A stretch of DNA of 64,000 nt from the human T2T-CHM13v2.0 reference genome, Homo sapiens: assembly GCF_009914755.1 (NCBI RefSeq), contig NC_060926.1; one strand, given 5' to 3'. The stretch's first letter is position 1; the number at the start of each line of letters is the position of its first letter. Below the pieces are notes generated by a model. The model did not search any database and was not told the DNA's origin. It saw only the letters and a program-made list of their open reading frames with translations. The position numbers and the translations under genes were made by a program. This document shows positions 41,130 through 55,642 of the stretch, in pieces.

Positions 41130-42830
41130 AGTCACCCACTCACTTACCCATGTGCCCACACACCCACTACTCAGCTACTTACCTGCTCCAACCACCTACT
41201 CTCCTACCCAACCTCTTCCTACCCCCACCAAACATTGTCACCACTCACAGACAAACTCACATATTATCCACCCACCTCAGTCATCCACCCACCTGGGTAC
41301 TTGGCTACTAGGCTCTCTTTTAGCACCCACCCATCCGCCCACTCAACCCTCCACCTAGACACCCACTCATCCACCTAGACACTAACTCACCCACCCGGCA
41401 AGACACGTATTCACTCACCCACCCACCTAAACATCCACTCACCCACCCATGTATACACCCACTCACTCACCCAGACACCCACTCACCCATCTAGATACCC
41501 ACTCATCCACCCACCTAGACACCCACTCACCCACCCAGCAAGACACCCATTCACTCACCCACCCACCTAAACATCCACTCACCCACCCATGTATACACCC
41601 ACTCACTCACCCAGACACCCACTCACCCATCTAGATACCCACTCATCCACCCACCTAGACACCCACTCACCCACCCAGCAAGACACCCATTCACTCACCC
41701 ACCCACTTAAACATCCACTCACCCACCCATCTAGACCACCCACACACTCATCCACCTAGACACTCACTCATTCACCTAGACACCCACTCACCCATATAGA
41801 CACCCACTCATCCACCCACCTAGACACCCACTCACCCACCTAGACACCCAACAATTCACCCACCTAGACACCCACTCACCTACCCACCCACCAAGATACC
41901 CATCCACTCACCCACCCACCTAGATACCCAGTCATTTATTCATTTAGATACCCACTCACTCACCCACCCACCTAGATACCCAGTCATTTATTCACTTAGA
42001 TACCCACTCACTCACCCACCTAGACACCCAGTCACTCATCCACCTAGACACCCACTCACTCGTCCCTCTAGACACCCACTCACCCACCCACCTAAACACC
42101 TACTCACTCACGCATCTTGACATCCACTCACCCACCTGGACGCCCACACACTCATCACGTAGACACCCACTCACTCATCACCTAGACACCCACTCACCCA
42201 CCCAGCTAGACACCCACTCACCCACCCACCCACCAAGATACCTATTCATTCACCCACCTAAATATCCACTCACCAAAACATCCACTCACCCACCCATCTA
42301 GACACCCACTGACTCACCCACCTAGACACCCACTTACTCATCTAGGCACCCAAGTACTCATCCACCAAGGATCACTCACCCATCTAGACACCCACCCACT
42401 CACTCCATCCATCTACACACCCACTTACTCACCCATCTAGACACCCACTGACTCACCCACCTAGACACCCACTTACTCATCTAGGCACCCAAGTACTCAT
42501 CCACCAAGGATCACTCACCCATCTAGACACCCACCCACTCACTCCATCCATCTACACACCCACTTACTCACCCATCTAGACACCCTCTCACCCATCTACC
42601 TAGACGCCCAGTCATCCACCCATCTACACATCCACTTACTCACCTGCCTAGACACTGACTCACTCATCCATCTACCTAGACACTCACTCACTCATCCACC
42701 TAGGCACCCACCTACTTACTCATCTAGGCACCTAATCATTCATTCACCCACCTAGACCCTACCTACTAACTCACATAGACACCCACTCACCCATCCTCTC
42801 AAACACCCACATAGACAATCACGTACTCTG
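41130..42830. repeat. Long degenerate CACC/CACT/CTAGA tandem repeat with 140- and 139-bp higher-order duplications
   Basis: Basic unit approx. ctagacacccactcacccac; near-exact repeats at 41401/41541/41681 and 42301/42440. Confidence 0.95.
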
Positions 42831-42849
42831 TCACTTGCTAAGCTGCCCC

Positions 42850-43400
42850 TTACTCCTTCACCTTCTCACAAAAGGTTACTGACCAATGACCCTCTGGGAT
42901 CCGTGAGCTTTGTTGTGGGGAGGAAGAGGTGAATCAGGCTCAGATGCCAGCTAAGAGGCTCTTCTGGCCCAGTGAGGGACACAGACAGTGGCTGTATCAC
43001 TGAGTGTACAATGACAGAGAAGAGCAACGCGAGGCAGGAGCAGAGAAGAGAGACATCACTCAGCCTAGGAAGACAGGAGAGGAGCTTTGAACTCAGAGGC
43101 TAGTCTCCAAGTAAGAAAAAAAATGCTGGTAGATGCAGGAGCAGAAGTCTGGAGCTGAGAGGGATGCAGCTTCTCTAGGAAAGTCATGGGGTAGAATAAG
43201 GGTGGGGCAGGATGGGTGGGTGGCAAGAGATGGTCTGGAGAGACCAGCAGGGGAAGCTCCTACCAACCTGAGGATTCTTTAGCCTCTAAAGAGAGCTACG
43301 ACTCAACGTGGAGGCAGTGGAAAGTGCTAACATGGCTATAGGCAGGAATGACTCACTGCAGATGTGCATTTGAGAAAGGTCTCTTTAGTGAAGCAATGAG
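42850..43400 (-). mobile_element. L2 fragment
   Basis: ggaggcagtggaaagtgcta...cagatgtgcatttgagaaagg-type L2 motifs. Confidence 0.5.
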
Positions 43401-44394
43401 GGCTTTGACTTCATCATCTGCAAAAATAAAGTTATAGACTATGGTCTCTCAGATCCTTCCAGTTATCTAAGTTTAAAGGTCTCCAAGGGTAGGAGTGGGG
43501 AAGGGAGAGCAATTAAAGGGTTGTCCTCATTTTGCAGAAGACCATACTGAGGAAGCACAGGAAGTTAAATGACTCCCTCTGTTCCCACTCCCAACCCCAG
43601 AAAATATCTTAGAAGCCAAAGAAAGACTCTTTGCTTCCTGCTCCAAGCCAAGCTTGTCTTTGAACCCAGCAAACAAACACCTGGCCTTTGTGGTCTGCAC
43701 AGGTGTGAACTCTGCCTTGACCTGGGGCAAAAGCTATAACACAACCAGTCAAATGACTGCATAGCCATCTTCACTAGTACCATTACCCAAAGATGCTGGA
43801 GATCTTTATGCATAGATAGGATAAACAAAATCGTGGCTATTCATGTTTAGTAAGCAAAATTCCCTCACTGAAAGAGGACCCTGGCAGAAGTGGGCTCTAA
43901 TTCACCCATTCATCTGGTCCCGTCTGCTAGGCTGGAACACCATTGTGTTATTACCTGTTCTTGCCACAGCTTAGACCAGTAGAGACTGCAGCGAATCTCT
44001 GTCTAGATTAACTTTAGCCACATCCTCCATTGCAGGAACTTTACTAGATCTAAAGACAGAGACTTAAATTCCAGGCAAAAATGGGATGATTCTCAGTTTG
44101 ACAAGTTTTTCATTCAAAGCCCCAACCAGTCCAGTTTCCAGGCCAATAGGCAGTGGGCCAACCACCCTTCTTAGAAGACTTTCCTCTAACCTCTTCCTGG
44201 CCAAGCACAAGGTTTGATGACCATTCTCTTCTCTCATTCCATAGCCATCATGATGGTGATGCTCTCCCAGGGTGGATTTCTAATCACGATTTAGAAATTT
44301 AGGAAAAGTGTTAATTACACATAGACCCTCATCCGTGCACAATTTACACCCACACAAGTCTCATCCCCTTTAATGGAAATTGTGCCAGAGTCTT

Positions 44395-45305
44395 TCATTC
44401 CACAGCAATTCATTGAATGCCCATCATGTGGCAAGGTCCCAGGAGAAACACAGCAGTAAAACACAGCCACCTTCAAGAGACAGGCCATTGAGATAATAAT
44501 TAAAATATACTTTGATAAAGCTATAACAGGTGTCAAAATAAGGATGACAGAGGTTGTGGGGGATGCCTGCCTCAACTTGAGGGTGCACAAGGCTTCACTA
44601 AGGATTGGTATGTGGACTGGGTTTTGAAGAATGAGGTAGAGAATGGCTAAAGAACACCCTAGGAAATGGAGGAGATTTCTGTAAAAGCTTAGAGGTCTTC
44701 AAGGGGTTCTCACACCTGCAATTCATCCCATATGAACAGGTGTAGAGGGATGGAAAGTGGTGGAAGATGAGATTGGATTATGAGAGGGGATGTGTGGAAG
44801 CCTACAGAGCTACTCCGCAGTGTCTGGATTGAAGTGTAAAGGCTATGGTAGTTCTCTAAAGAGTTTTAATAAATTGAAAGACAAAATCAAATTTGCATTT
44901 AAAGAAATTCTTATTACAGAATGGAGAATAAATGGGGAGCAAGCATGACTAAAGAAATATAGTATAAAGTAAATTTAATTAAAGTAACTAAATTAAAGAA
45001 ATATAGTATAGATGCAATCTAGCCAAGATATGATGAAGATTTATCAACAATAAGTACAAAGAATGTATATCGAAGGTGGTAAAGGGGAGGAATTCACAAG
45101 GACCAGTTTTCCCATCAGATGGGGAGAGTGAAGAGTTGAAGAAAGAGTTAACTTTTCCAAGATGCTGGAATTCACCAAGACAAGCAGGAGGAGGAACAGG
45201 ATTTGGGTACAGAATCACAAACTTAGCTTAGGATCAGTTGAGTGTGTGGTATCTCTTGCACACTAATGTAGAGGAGGAGTGTGGAGGGCAGTGGGCTCTA
45301 TAGGT
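44395..45305 (-). mobile_element. L2 fragment
   Basis: ttcattccacagcaattcattgaatgcccatcatgtggcaagg...atcaaatttgcattt...ggagggcagtggg. Confidence 0.7.
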
Positions 45306-46578
45306 CTTAGGTTTTTAAATTGAAAAATTCAATTTTTTTGTTATTTAAAGTAAAATTGTATCTTATTGCAAAAGGAATAATATTTATTGAAGAATATATG
45401 AAAAATAGAGAAAAAGAATAAAAAGTGAATTAAAATTCCAAAATAATTTTCCTAATCACAGATAGACACGATTAATATTTTGGTATTTATTACTTCTATG
45501 CATATGCAAACCACAAATATTCCTTCAAGCATCTTCAGGTCTATCTACAATCCTCTGATGTTTGACAAGGATGGTTTGATCACTCAGTCCACATGTTACA
45601 GGAAACCCAGCATTTTATTTAACAAATAGGCAAAAGCATTGTTGTGTTACATTCAACTTTCACTCCAATCCTCTGCTTCTGCAACATGCTTAATCCCACT
45701 CTCTTCTCTTCCTGCAGTTTCTGTCTTCTTTTTCCTTACTGATTCTGTAAGTTTCTGTCTTCTTTTTTCTTATTCATTTTTTTCTTATTCTCCACAGCAT
45801 CACTATCCAAAGGCTCTAATATGCAACAAACTTTCTTGAAGCACAGACAATTACTTAATGGATAAGGTAGTACAGGCAGAAGCCATGGTTTTGTATTAGC
45901 TATCCCTGTGATGATATTTCATTAGCAACAGGGAATTTGTGTCTTGCTCCTGGTCTATTCTCTCAGTTGTCCTCAGACCTGGCTCACTGTCATTATCTTG
46001 GTTTATTTCTGACTAAATATTATTCTCTTACCTTTCCATTGCTTGTTCTGGTCCATGATATTCCAGTTTCTTTATTAGGATGAGCAATTTATTCCTTTGT
46101 TTCCAACACTAAATAAGGCTCTGGACATAGTGTTAAACACCAAAAAAACCCAAATGTACGCATAGAAACAAACAAACAAAAACATTCAGATGCTTGGCAA
46201 TTGCTGTTTTCTTATATTAGACTTAATTTCTGGACAACAATGTGAACATATAATTATTTTTGTGTGTATTTTTCTGCACCGAATTATATATTTCTTACAA
46301 TGCAATTTCCAATAGTTTTATAGCACTCCAATCTATAACTCTGCCAAAGTTAAATTTACTGATAACTTATTATTAGACATTAGCCTGTTTCCTTTGTTTT
46401 TCACTATTCTCAATATTTGAAGGGACTCTTTTTTGGTAAATCTTTGTCCTGCTTATTCCTGAAATACTTCAAAATGGGCAATAAAGACTGCTGAGTATCC
46501 TGTCTAGAATAATTTTCAGTGTATCTCTGCTTTTAGTTGTTTCTAAACTATTTTACCACTATAAAAATAGTTAATAAT

Positions 46579-46874
46579 TGCTAGGCGTGGTGGCTCACGT
46601 CTGTAATCCCAGCACTTTGGGAGGCCAAGGCGATCAGATCACAAGGTCAGGAGATCGAGACCATCCTGGCTAACACGGTGAAACCCTGTCTCTACTAAAA
46701 ATACAAAAAATTAGCTGGGCATGGTGGCGGGCACTTGTAGTCCCAGCTACTCGGGAGGCTGAGGCACGAGAATGTCATGAACCTGGGAGACGGAGCTTGC
46801 AGTGAGCCAAGATTGCGCCACTGCACTCCAGCCTGGGCGACAGAGCAAGACTCCATCTCAAAAGAAAAAAAAAA
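46579..46874 (+). mobile_element. AluY
   Basis: gagatcgagaccatcctggctaacacggtg and ggagcttgcagtgagcc; TSD aaaaa(t/a)agttaataat. Confidence 0.93.
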
Positions 46875-48924
46875 GTTAATAATGCAAATGATTTTTTTTC
46901 ATAGAAAAACAACTGAATTGTGTCCTGTGTAATGCAATTGGAGTGCTGGCCAGTTTAAAAATTCTTTGTAAATTAATTTCAGCTTTCCTGATAGCTTGTA
47001 AATGTGTGTCCTTTCCATTCTCCTTTGAGCCAGTTGTAATAACGTATTTATTTCATTAAAGATGAGATAAATGCCATCTTTGATATGTATTTATTTTATA
47101 TTTTTACAAGATTCATGATATTACTTTTCTTAAAAAAATTATTTAACATTCCCTTGACATAGATTTCTAGAAGTAAAACTATTTGGACAAATTTTATACA
47201 TTTTGCTATGATTTTTGATATGTATTACTAAATTTTCTTCCCAAAAGATGGCATTGATTTATATTCTCATCAATAGTATATGAGATTATCTATTTTTACA
47301 CATTATTAATATAGATGTATTATAATCATTATCATAATTTTAATACTTTAATAAAGTAGAGATGAAATTGTATTTTTGTATTAAGTTACATATTTTTCCT
47401 TTCAGTAAAGGTGTCTTAGAGAACACTCCATTATCCTACCCTTCTGGTTTCCAGGAGGAAGATTTTTCTCTAAATACTCTTCTTTCCCTCCATTCATTAC
47501 TCTCCCTGGAAGTAAAAGCGGTTAGTTGGTTGGTAGGTGGCAACATTTAGCTCCATGTTTCACAATTAGCTGGAGCCAGTGGACCAAATGCTTGATCTTT
47601 TTCTAGCCCCCATCTTCCACTCAGGCCAGGGGGAGCAGTGACTTGGGGAACTGTGATGCTTTTCAGGTGTGATCTCCAGTGGGCCTTCTCATGCTCCAGA
47701 CTGTGTCCAGCATATCTTTTCTAGCTGTGTCTTTCTGCCCAGCATGTTATAGTAAGCCTGCTGACTTTGTCTTATTTCTCAAGTGATTTAGAACCTGTGT
47801 AGGAAATATGAAGTACCATTTTGTTTACTTGGTACTAGTCATTTGCAGATCTTCATGAATAAATTGTCTATACAGAGCCTTTGCCTGTTTTGGTCTTGAG
47901 ATGTTCATATTTTTCTTTCTTTGTGATTTGCAAGAGATCTTGATATAATAATGATAATAGCCCATAGCTGTCACATGTGTTGACTGTTATCCAATATTAG
48001 TGCAAATACATAAATACATATATGTGTATATGTGTATGTTGTGTACATACACATATAATTATACAATAAATATACATATATACCCATACAATCACATACA
48101 CACATATGTGTCTTTGCTTTTTCTTCTTTAATTATTCATAAAGTCCATGCTTATCCAAAATTTCAAGTTGAAATGAGTTTGTCAGGGATTGTGTTGGTCA
48201 CTGTTTGAATTTCATAGAGAAGCTTCTCAAGTTATTGTGACCTTACTGTGTCAGATACAAGATTTAGTAGCCTGTGGGCATAAACAAGATGTTAAGAGCT
48301 TTGGGTCTGAGGAATGACCACCCTCATAGAGAGTCCACTACAGAAGCTCCTCCCCTTTGCCTTGCAAGGCCTGGGGCTGGCAGTAACTGGGATGAGGACT
48401 TCCTGGATTTCCTTTGGTTGTGCCTTCTGGAATTCAAGGTGGCTCCACTGGAAGTGGTAAGGGCCAGTGACTCCCCCTATTTGCCTATCCTTACCTCCAA
48501 TGCTGCTGGGTGTCAGAGAGTGTTTTGGGAATCATGCTGGGATTTTTTTCTTCCATTTACATTCATAGTTTTCTGTGAAAACTATTCCTTCATGCAGTAT
48601 TTTGGTGACTGGTCAACATTTCCCTAAATCCAGTTTCATGTCATAGATCTATTGTCTGGAGGAGATTTGGGAATGTAATCACATCCTTTCCTAGTTTTTA
48701 GTAATGGTATGGATTTTCCCCCTATTTTTATATGTGTTTAGTGAGGCTAATAGCTAAAGATGCAGAATAGGTAAATACATATATTGCAGCTACCATCTTT
48801 GCTAAAACTTCTATCAGTGAGTATAAACTTGGTTGGGAATTGTGGATTTAAATATCTTAGAAATTAACTACCAGGGCAAATAGTGTCTTTGGTTTTCACA
48901 ATATGCAGTTGTCCTTCCTTTATG

Positions 48925-49160
48925 AGACATTCAAGTGGCTGTGGTCATAGCCCCTTGCAGTGTAGTGGAGCCAAAGACAAGTTCTGGCCAATGAAATGTG
49001 AGCATAAGTCACCAGTGCCATTCCTGGGCTGAGGCAGAAAAAGTGGCCCCAGAGAGGTAACTGCCCTCTAGAGTGAACTTTGCATGGAGCGAGCTATAAA
49101 ATTTTGTTGTGTAAGTCTGACAATCTGGTGGATGTTGGTTACTAGAAAATAGTCTAGCCT
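48925..49160 (+). mobile_element. MLT1J/K-like LTR fragment
   Basis: gacaagttctggccaatgaaatgtgagcataagt...aaattttgttgtgtaag. Confidence 0.55.
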
Positions 49161-51029
49161 ACCCTCTTTATCCTGTATAAAAAGGTTATTATTGACACTT
49201 CTGTATTAGTGTTTCCTGTTTTTTCTTTGCTTTCAAATGAGGGTAAAACAAATAGGAGAATTAGAAACAAAGAGGTGGCCTATACTTGAGAAACTATAAT
49301 ATGCACCTAACATTGTACATCACAAGAAGAAACAAAGGCAATAGGATTTTTCCAAGAAGAGTTTTGGCAACAGCCTTTCCCAAAGCTCTGGAACCCAATC
49401 CAGACTCCCTTCACAAGGTGAATTCAAAGTGTGTTAAAGCTGTGTTCATGTAATATGATACTTCAATTGCCTTAACAATGATTAAGAGTAGCTAGAAATT
49501 GGCAGTAAGAGGACCTAATTTTATCTAGGCATTTGAGGTCTTTGGAGTTTTGTTTCAGTTAGTCAGGTTCATGAAATGGGGAGGAGATCTAACACCACCA
49601 AGAGCCCCTGAGGACAGCTCATTTCACCTTAGCAAAGCCCTTTAGTGACTCTTAGGAGGCACTAAGCCTCTGGGATACTCCTTTTCCAAAAGGAATATGT
49701 AGCTAAAACACATGGAATTACCTATTCTACATCTAATTTTAGCTATTAGCCTCACCAAGCTTATATAAAAATAGCCTCACCAAACATATATAAAAATAGG
49801 GGGACAAATCTGTACCATCACCTTTTCCAAAGTCTGCACCATTCCAGAATTTCAGAGCTCACTGCAGACATCACAATTATAAACCCAGACTAGGAACAAT
49901 CATCTGACATTGGTACAGGGGACGCATGAGGGAGTGAAAAGAGCATTTGTCCAAGAGTCCTGAATAGTGGCTCCATCCCTACCAGTAATCACCTACAGGA
50001 CTTTGGGCAAATCTTTTTCCCTCCTTGAGCTTTAATTTTCTTATTGAAAATCTATTCTATCCTAAAAACCATAAGTTTTCTAGATGAACTACTCTGTAAT
50101 GATGGTTTATTACTAGTCAACACATAAACTTAACAGCGTGCTACTAGTCAGGAGCTTGGCTGCCTATCTGTTTATTTAATTTATATGCACTCAAACCATG
50201 CAGTGCAGCCTGAGTAGTGACCTGGAATGCAAATGCACACACAAAGTAGAGATGGCAGCCCTTTTGTGAAGAGAGGCTGATTGCAGCTGCCCATGGCCAG
50301 ACAGCCCCCTCTGTCTGCCTTCTTTCTCTCAGCCCTGTCTTTGCACTTAATATGTTTCGAGCTTCTGTGCTTTCAAGACTACAGTAATTTATCTTGTGCA
50401 CAGAAAGAGTATAAGATGTGACCTAATTAAATTCAAAATAATTAATGGGAAGCTAACAGAGAAAACCATGATAGTTTAGAGATTTTATGGCCACTGCATC
50501 AATAAAACTTCTTCTCTCACATGACCTGCATTTCACTGGTTTCCTTTCCTTCCACTATTTATTCTGTTTGCAACCATTGTAGGCAGAACAGAGTATTACA
50601 GAATCACAGCAATCTGCTCTCTATTTTTAAACTGCAAGGCTGAACATCATTCTTGCTCTTCTCATTCAATGTGAGTGCTCATTCCAATTTCTTTAAATCT
50701 GGATGGATTGTTTTATAGTAAGGAATGGCAACAAAATGAATTGATAGGTAACAGAAGGGAGTCCTCAACAGGCTTTTTAGGGTAATGGCATTAAATGGTG
50801 GGATGTAGAATTTTCTTGAAAATACCAAAAGTTCATTTTGCAGATTTTCTTTGAAATGTTTTTTCCAAATCTTTGTCTTAAGAATAAATATTTGAAATGA
50901 AGATTAATCACAGTAAGAGTAACAATGTGCCCATCCAGATTGGCATTCTAGGACTTATGCACAGCCATTCATTCACTGTAATAGAGAAAGACAAATAACA
51001 TAGGAGGAAGAGGGTCACAGCCTAGCAAG

Positions 51030-51250
51030 CAGAGAATGCACTCTTGAGATAACCTGCTTGGCTTCATCCCAGTCCTGTCACCTACTTGCTACAAGCACTG
51101 AATCACTTAATTTCCCTATGCTTCAGCTTACACATTTGTAAAAAAAAAAAAAAAGGTGAATGATAAAAATACATTCTCCTGTGGGTTGACATGAGGGTTA
51201 AACCATTTGATATATGTAAGTGTGTACATAGTTGGCATTCATAGGTGCCA
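51030..51250 (+). mobile_element. MIR
   Basis: catcccagtcctgtcacctacttgct...tcacttaatttccctatgcttcagcttacacatttgtaaaa. Confidence 0.7.
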
Positions 51251-54200
51251 TAGGAGTGTTGGCCAGGACAACTTACTTTGAGGAAAGACTCTTCAGAGAG
51301 TGTAGTTTGGATCTTGCCCAATAACTCCGATTGGGAATGATTAGCAAGGGATGTCAGGGATATCTGCAGCCCTTATCAATTCCCATGACCCAGAGACACT
51401 CAGGTGTGAGATCAGGAGGGAGGCTGAGGTCGTGGTGTCCTGAAAAATATGAAGGAGCAATCAAGTGCAGAGGATGTAACCTAAACTCAGAATGTAGCAT
51501 GATGTTTCAGAGACAAGTAAACCTTGAGATTAAGAACTATTTACTATTTTTCCTTTCTAAACATGAAAATCCCAGCCAGGACCCAGAAGTGTCATGGTGA
51601 TCTATCTGGACTTGTGTTGGTTTTTGCAGCTAAAGAATCTAGATGTGGGTCAACCGTGCATGCATCCATGAAGCAGCTTAAAACCCACACCATTTTCCCT
51701 GTATTACAAGGGACTTTTAGTGGGGGCGCTTGGGGTGCAGATCCCACCTGCTCTCGCCAGTGCCATCAATAATATGGTCAAATCCTATGAGAGTCTAGGG
51801 AATGTGATCTATGCAGGCCAAGCTGAGGCTGTACACTAATCAGATGAGACAAGTCTGTGATTAGCCCATCACAGCTACTTTTTGTATCTCTGTGCCTTGA
51901 GTGCACCTTTCTATTAGAGTTTCAGGAAAGGGGAATAAAACCTGAATCCACTTGCTGGAATAAGACTCTAATAGCTCAAACTTTCATGCTAATTCACTAA
52001 CAACACTGAAGGTGACAAGAGGATCATAGAGAGCTATGAAGGTAGAGCACATGCTATTCAAGGAGTTGCTTATATTTGCATCAACTGAGAACAAAGCAAC
52101 TAGGAAAGGGTGAAGTTACAAAGGACTCCTTTGATTTAGTCATTAGGGGATTGTCTGATTATGAGAGATAGGTATATATTGCTAAGGAGATAGTTCAGAG
52201 GCAACTGGATGGGCTGGGAGTGAAAAAATCTCAATTGTTTCAATATAACACTTACTAGCAAAGAGTGTGGGACAATCTCATCATTTTTCTGATTCTTGAG
52301 TTTCTCATCTGCAAAACTGGAGATTAATAACCAATGTGAAACTTTCTTGTATTCTAACACTTCATGGTACTCAGTATCAAAGCCTTTCTTGAACCTCAAA
52401 ATAGAAATACAGAATAAGGATGTTAGAAAGAATACTCAGAGAGCTGCAGAAAATCAGTGAATAAAGTGCAGATAATGTGACACTTGGAATGATTTACATA
52501 ATAAGTTAATAGTAAAATTAATTGGGATAGGGGTAACTGCACTCAACCATAAATGAGCAACTGGAAGAGGAATCAGATCCATATCCAATATAAGCTCACT
52601 GTCAAGAAAGTTTGTAAACTTTATGACTAAATAAAATTGAATAAAAATATTTTATAACAGAAGTGACATCAGCAAGCTGAAAAAATACAAGATTCCAATT
52701 CTCACAGACCCATATAAACATTGATTTTTGACAATCAAACACTGTCAGGAATATCTATATGAGAACCTAGGAATACAATGGAGAGATTCCAGCATGCTGT
52801 TCTAGCAAAAATATAATTACAAATATAGTTAAGAAGGTAAGAAGAACAGTGTCACTTTAAAATATTACCCTTCCCCCAAAGCAGCACAGCTCAGTGCCAA
52901 GAGAGACCTCATTGGCCCACAATTTGTCCCACATGTGAAAGTGAGAGTAATGTGAGATCCTGACTTCCCCAGGCTTGTGAGATATTGCCCAAGAGGCCCA
53001 ATTCTGCCTCATTCCACCCAAACTACTGAGAGCGTCAGCATAACTATACAGTCTAGAGGAGTTAGAAGTGGGGAAAAATGATGGGGGCTCACTGAAACTT
53101 TCAAGTGAATTTCAAAAACTGGACACAGATACTATTAACTGTCCTGAAAACTTTCCCAAGAGGCCTGCCCATGACCCCTGTGAGACATCTCACCTAAAGC
53201 CCCTGCATGAACTTAGCATTCCACAGGTATCCTTGAGATGGTATATGAAAGTCTCTGCAGCACAGGTGAGTCCCTGCAGATTATGAACAAGCACTCACAG
53301 AGAGACAGCTTGATTTTGGAATATTGAAAGAGGACATACAATCTTAAAAAGAAGAAACGAGGTGTGAGGCAGGCGCATCCATAGAAAAGGCCTGACAGAT
53401 TTCCCAAATATCTAGCTGGGCTGACTAATAAAAGTCTTTCTGTCCTAAAATTAGTCAGTAAAGAGTGGAGGAGAAGACTACTTCTTCAAACACAAGGACA
53501 GTAAGACAAACTTCAAAGAACATAAAGAATCAAGAAAACATAACACCAACAAAGGAACAAAATAACGTTCCAGTGGCTGACTCCAACGAAATGGCAATCG
53601 ACAAATTGCCTGATGAAGAATTCAAACTAATCTAGGAAACACAGAGAGAAAACCTAAACAATATTAGTAAAACAATACATGAACAAAAGGAAACATTCAA
53701 CAAAGAGAGAGAAACCATAAAAAAGAACCAAACAGAAATTCTGGAGCTAAATAATATAATGACTAGACTAAAAATTTCAATGGAGAGTTTCAAGAGCAGA
53801 CTCAATAAAGCAGAAGAAATGATCAGCAAGCTTGAAGACAGGTTATTTGAAATTATTCAGGAGGGAACACCAATTTAAAAAGGAACAAAAAAGAATGAAA
53901 GAAGCCTATGTGATTTATGGGATACAATCAACAGAAACATTTTATACACTATGGAAATCTAAGAAAAAGCAAAGAAAGAGAACAGGGAGGAAGCTTATTT
54001 AAAGAAATAATAAAAGAAAATTTCCCAAATCTGGAGAAAGAAATGAACATCCATATCTATGATACACAAAGGACCTCAATAGGCTCAACATCAAGAAATA
54101 TTAACCAAAACATATTATATTCAAATTGTCCAAATTTGAAGATAAAAAATTAAAACAGCAAGAGAAAAATTGGATTATCATATACACAGGAACTGTCATA

Positions 54201-55290
54201 AGACTATCAGCAGATTTCACAACAGCAACCTTGCAGACCTGGAGAGAGTGGTATGATACTCAAAGTGCTATAAGAAAAAAGCTGCCAAGAAAGAGTATTT
54301 TACCTGGCAAAGCTGTCTTTCAGAAATGAAAGAGAAAGAAAGACTATTCCAAACAACTAAAAGTTGAGGAAGTTTATCACCATTAGACCTGCACTACAAG
54401 TAATGCTAAAAGGTGTTCTTCAAGTTGAAAGAGAAGAACACTAAATAGCAACAAAACATATGAAATTATAAAACTTACTGATAAAGGTAAGTATAGAATT
54501 AAATTCACAATACCTTAATATTTTAATAGTGGTGTGAAAATCATGTTTAATATTAGTATGAAAGAAGACAAAATTATAGAATAATTATTGCTATAATAAT
54601 TCATTGATAAATACACATTATAAAAAGAGGTAAATAGAGATTTTTATGTGATCAAAGTTAGTTTGACATCAGCTTAAAATAGACTGTTACAAGTATGTTT
54701 TATGTAAGCATCATAGTAAGCACACACAAACAAACCTGTAGTAGATACACAAAAGATAAAGAGAAAAAAGTCAAACATAATCATACATAGAAATTAAATG
54801 AACAAAAAAAGAGAGCAAGAGAAGGAACAAAAGAACGACAAACCAGTCTGAAAGCAATTAACAAGATAGCAAAAGTAAGTCTTCATCTATCAATAATTTC
54901 TTTAAATGTAAATTAAATTATCAAATCAAAAAACACAGAGTGGCTAAATGCATTAAAAAAACAAGATCCAACTAAATACTACCAACAAGAGACTAACTTT
55001 AGCTTTAAACACACATATAGGCTGAAAGTGAAGAGATAGAAAAAGATAATGTATGCAAATTATAACCAAAATAGAGCAGGTATGGCTATCCTATATTAGA
55101 CAAAATATATGTCAAATCAAAACTGTCAGAAGGGACAGAGAATGTAACTATATAATGATTAGGCAGTACGTTTTTCAACAGGAGATAACAATTATAAATA
55201 TTGATGTACCCAACACTGGAACCACTAGTATATAAAAGGGATAGTAACAAAACTGAAAGGAGTAATACAAAACAATACAATGATAGTAGG

Positions 55291-55642
55291 GGCTATGGTC
55301 TGAGTGTTGGTGTCTTCCCTAAATTAATATGTTATTACTAAATTCCCAATGTGATTGTATTAAGAGGTGAGGCCTTTGAGAAAAGATTAACTCATGAGGG
55401 CAGAGCCCTCACAGGGTTATTGCCCTTCATGTGAGAGTCCAGTGTTCCCCCCTTCTGCCATGGAAGAACACAGCAAGAGATACCATCTAAGAAACAGACA
55501 GTGAGCCTTCACCAGACACCAAACTGCTGACACCTTGATCTTGGACTTCCCAGCCTCCAGAATTGTGAGAAATAAATTAATATTATTTATAAATTACCCT
55601 GTCTAAGGTATTTTGTTACAGCAGTCCAAATGTACCAAGAAA
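55291..55642 (+). mobile_element. MLT1A-type solo LTR nested in L1MA ORF2
   Basis: gtattaagaggtgaggcctttg...caccttgatcttggacttcccagcctccagaattgtgagaaataaatt; TSD (g/a)tagg. Confidence 0.88.

Noticed and set aside
41449-41634. His/Pro/Thr-rich repetitive ORF
   Set aside because: Translation of the CACC tandem repeat.
47620-47641. CTCF-like motif caggccagggggagcagtg
   Set aside because: Imperfect match; cannot be supported without motif scoring or ChIP data.
49747-49799. 25-bp tandem duplication (similar small ones at ~8271-8299 and ~13064-13093)
   Set aside because: Ordinary slippage-type micro-duplications.
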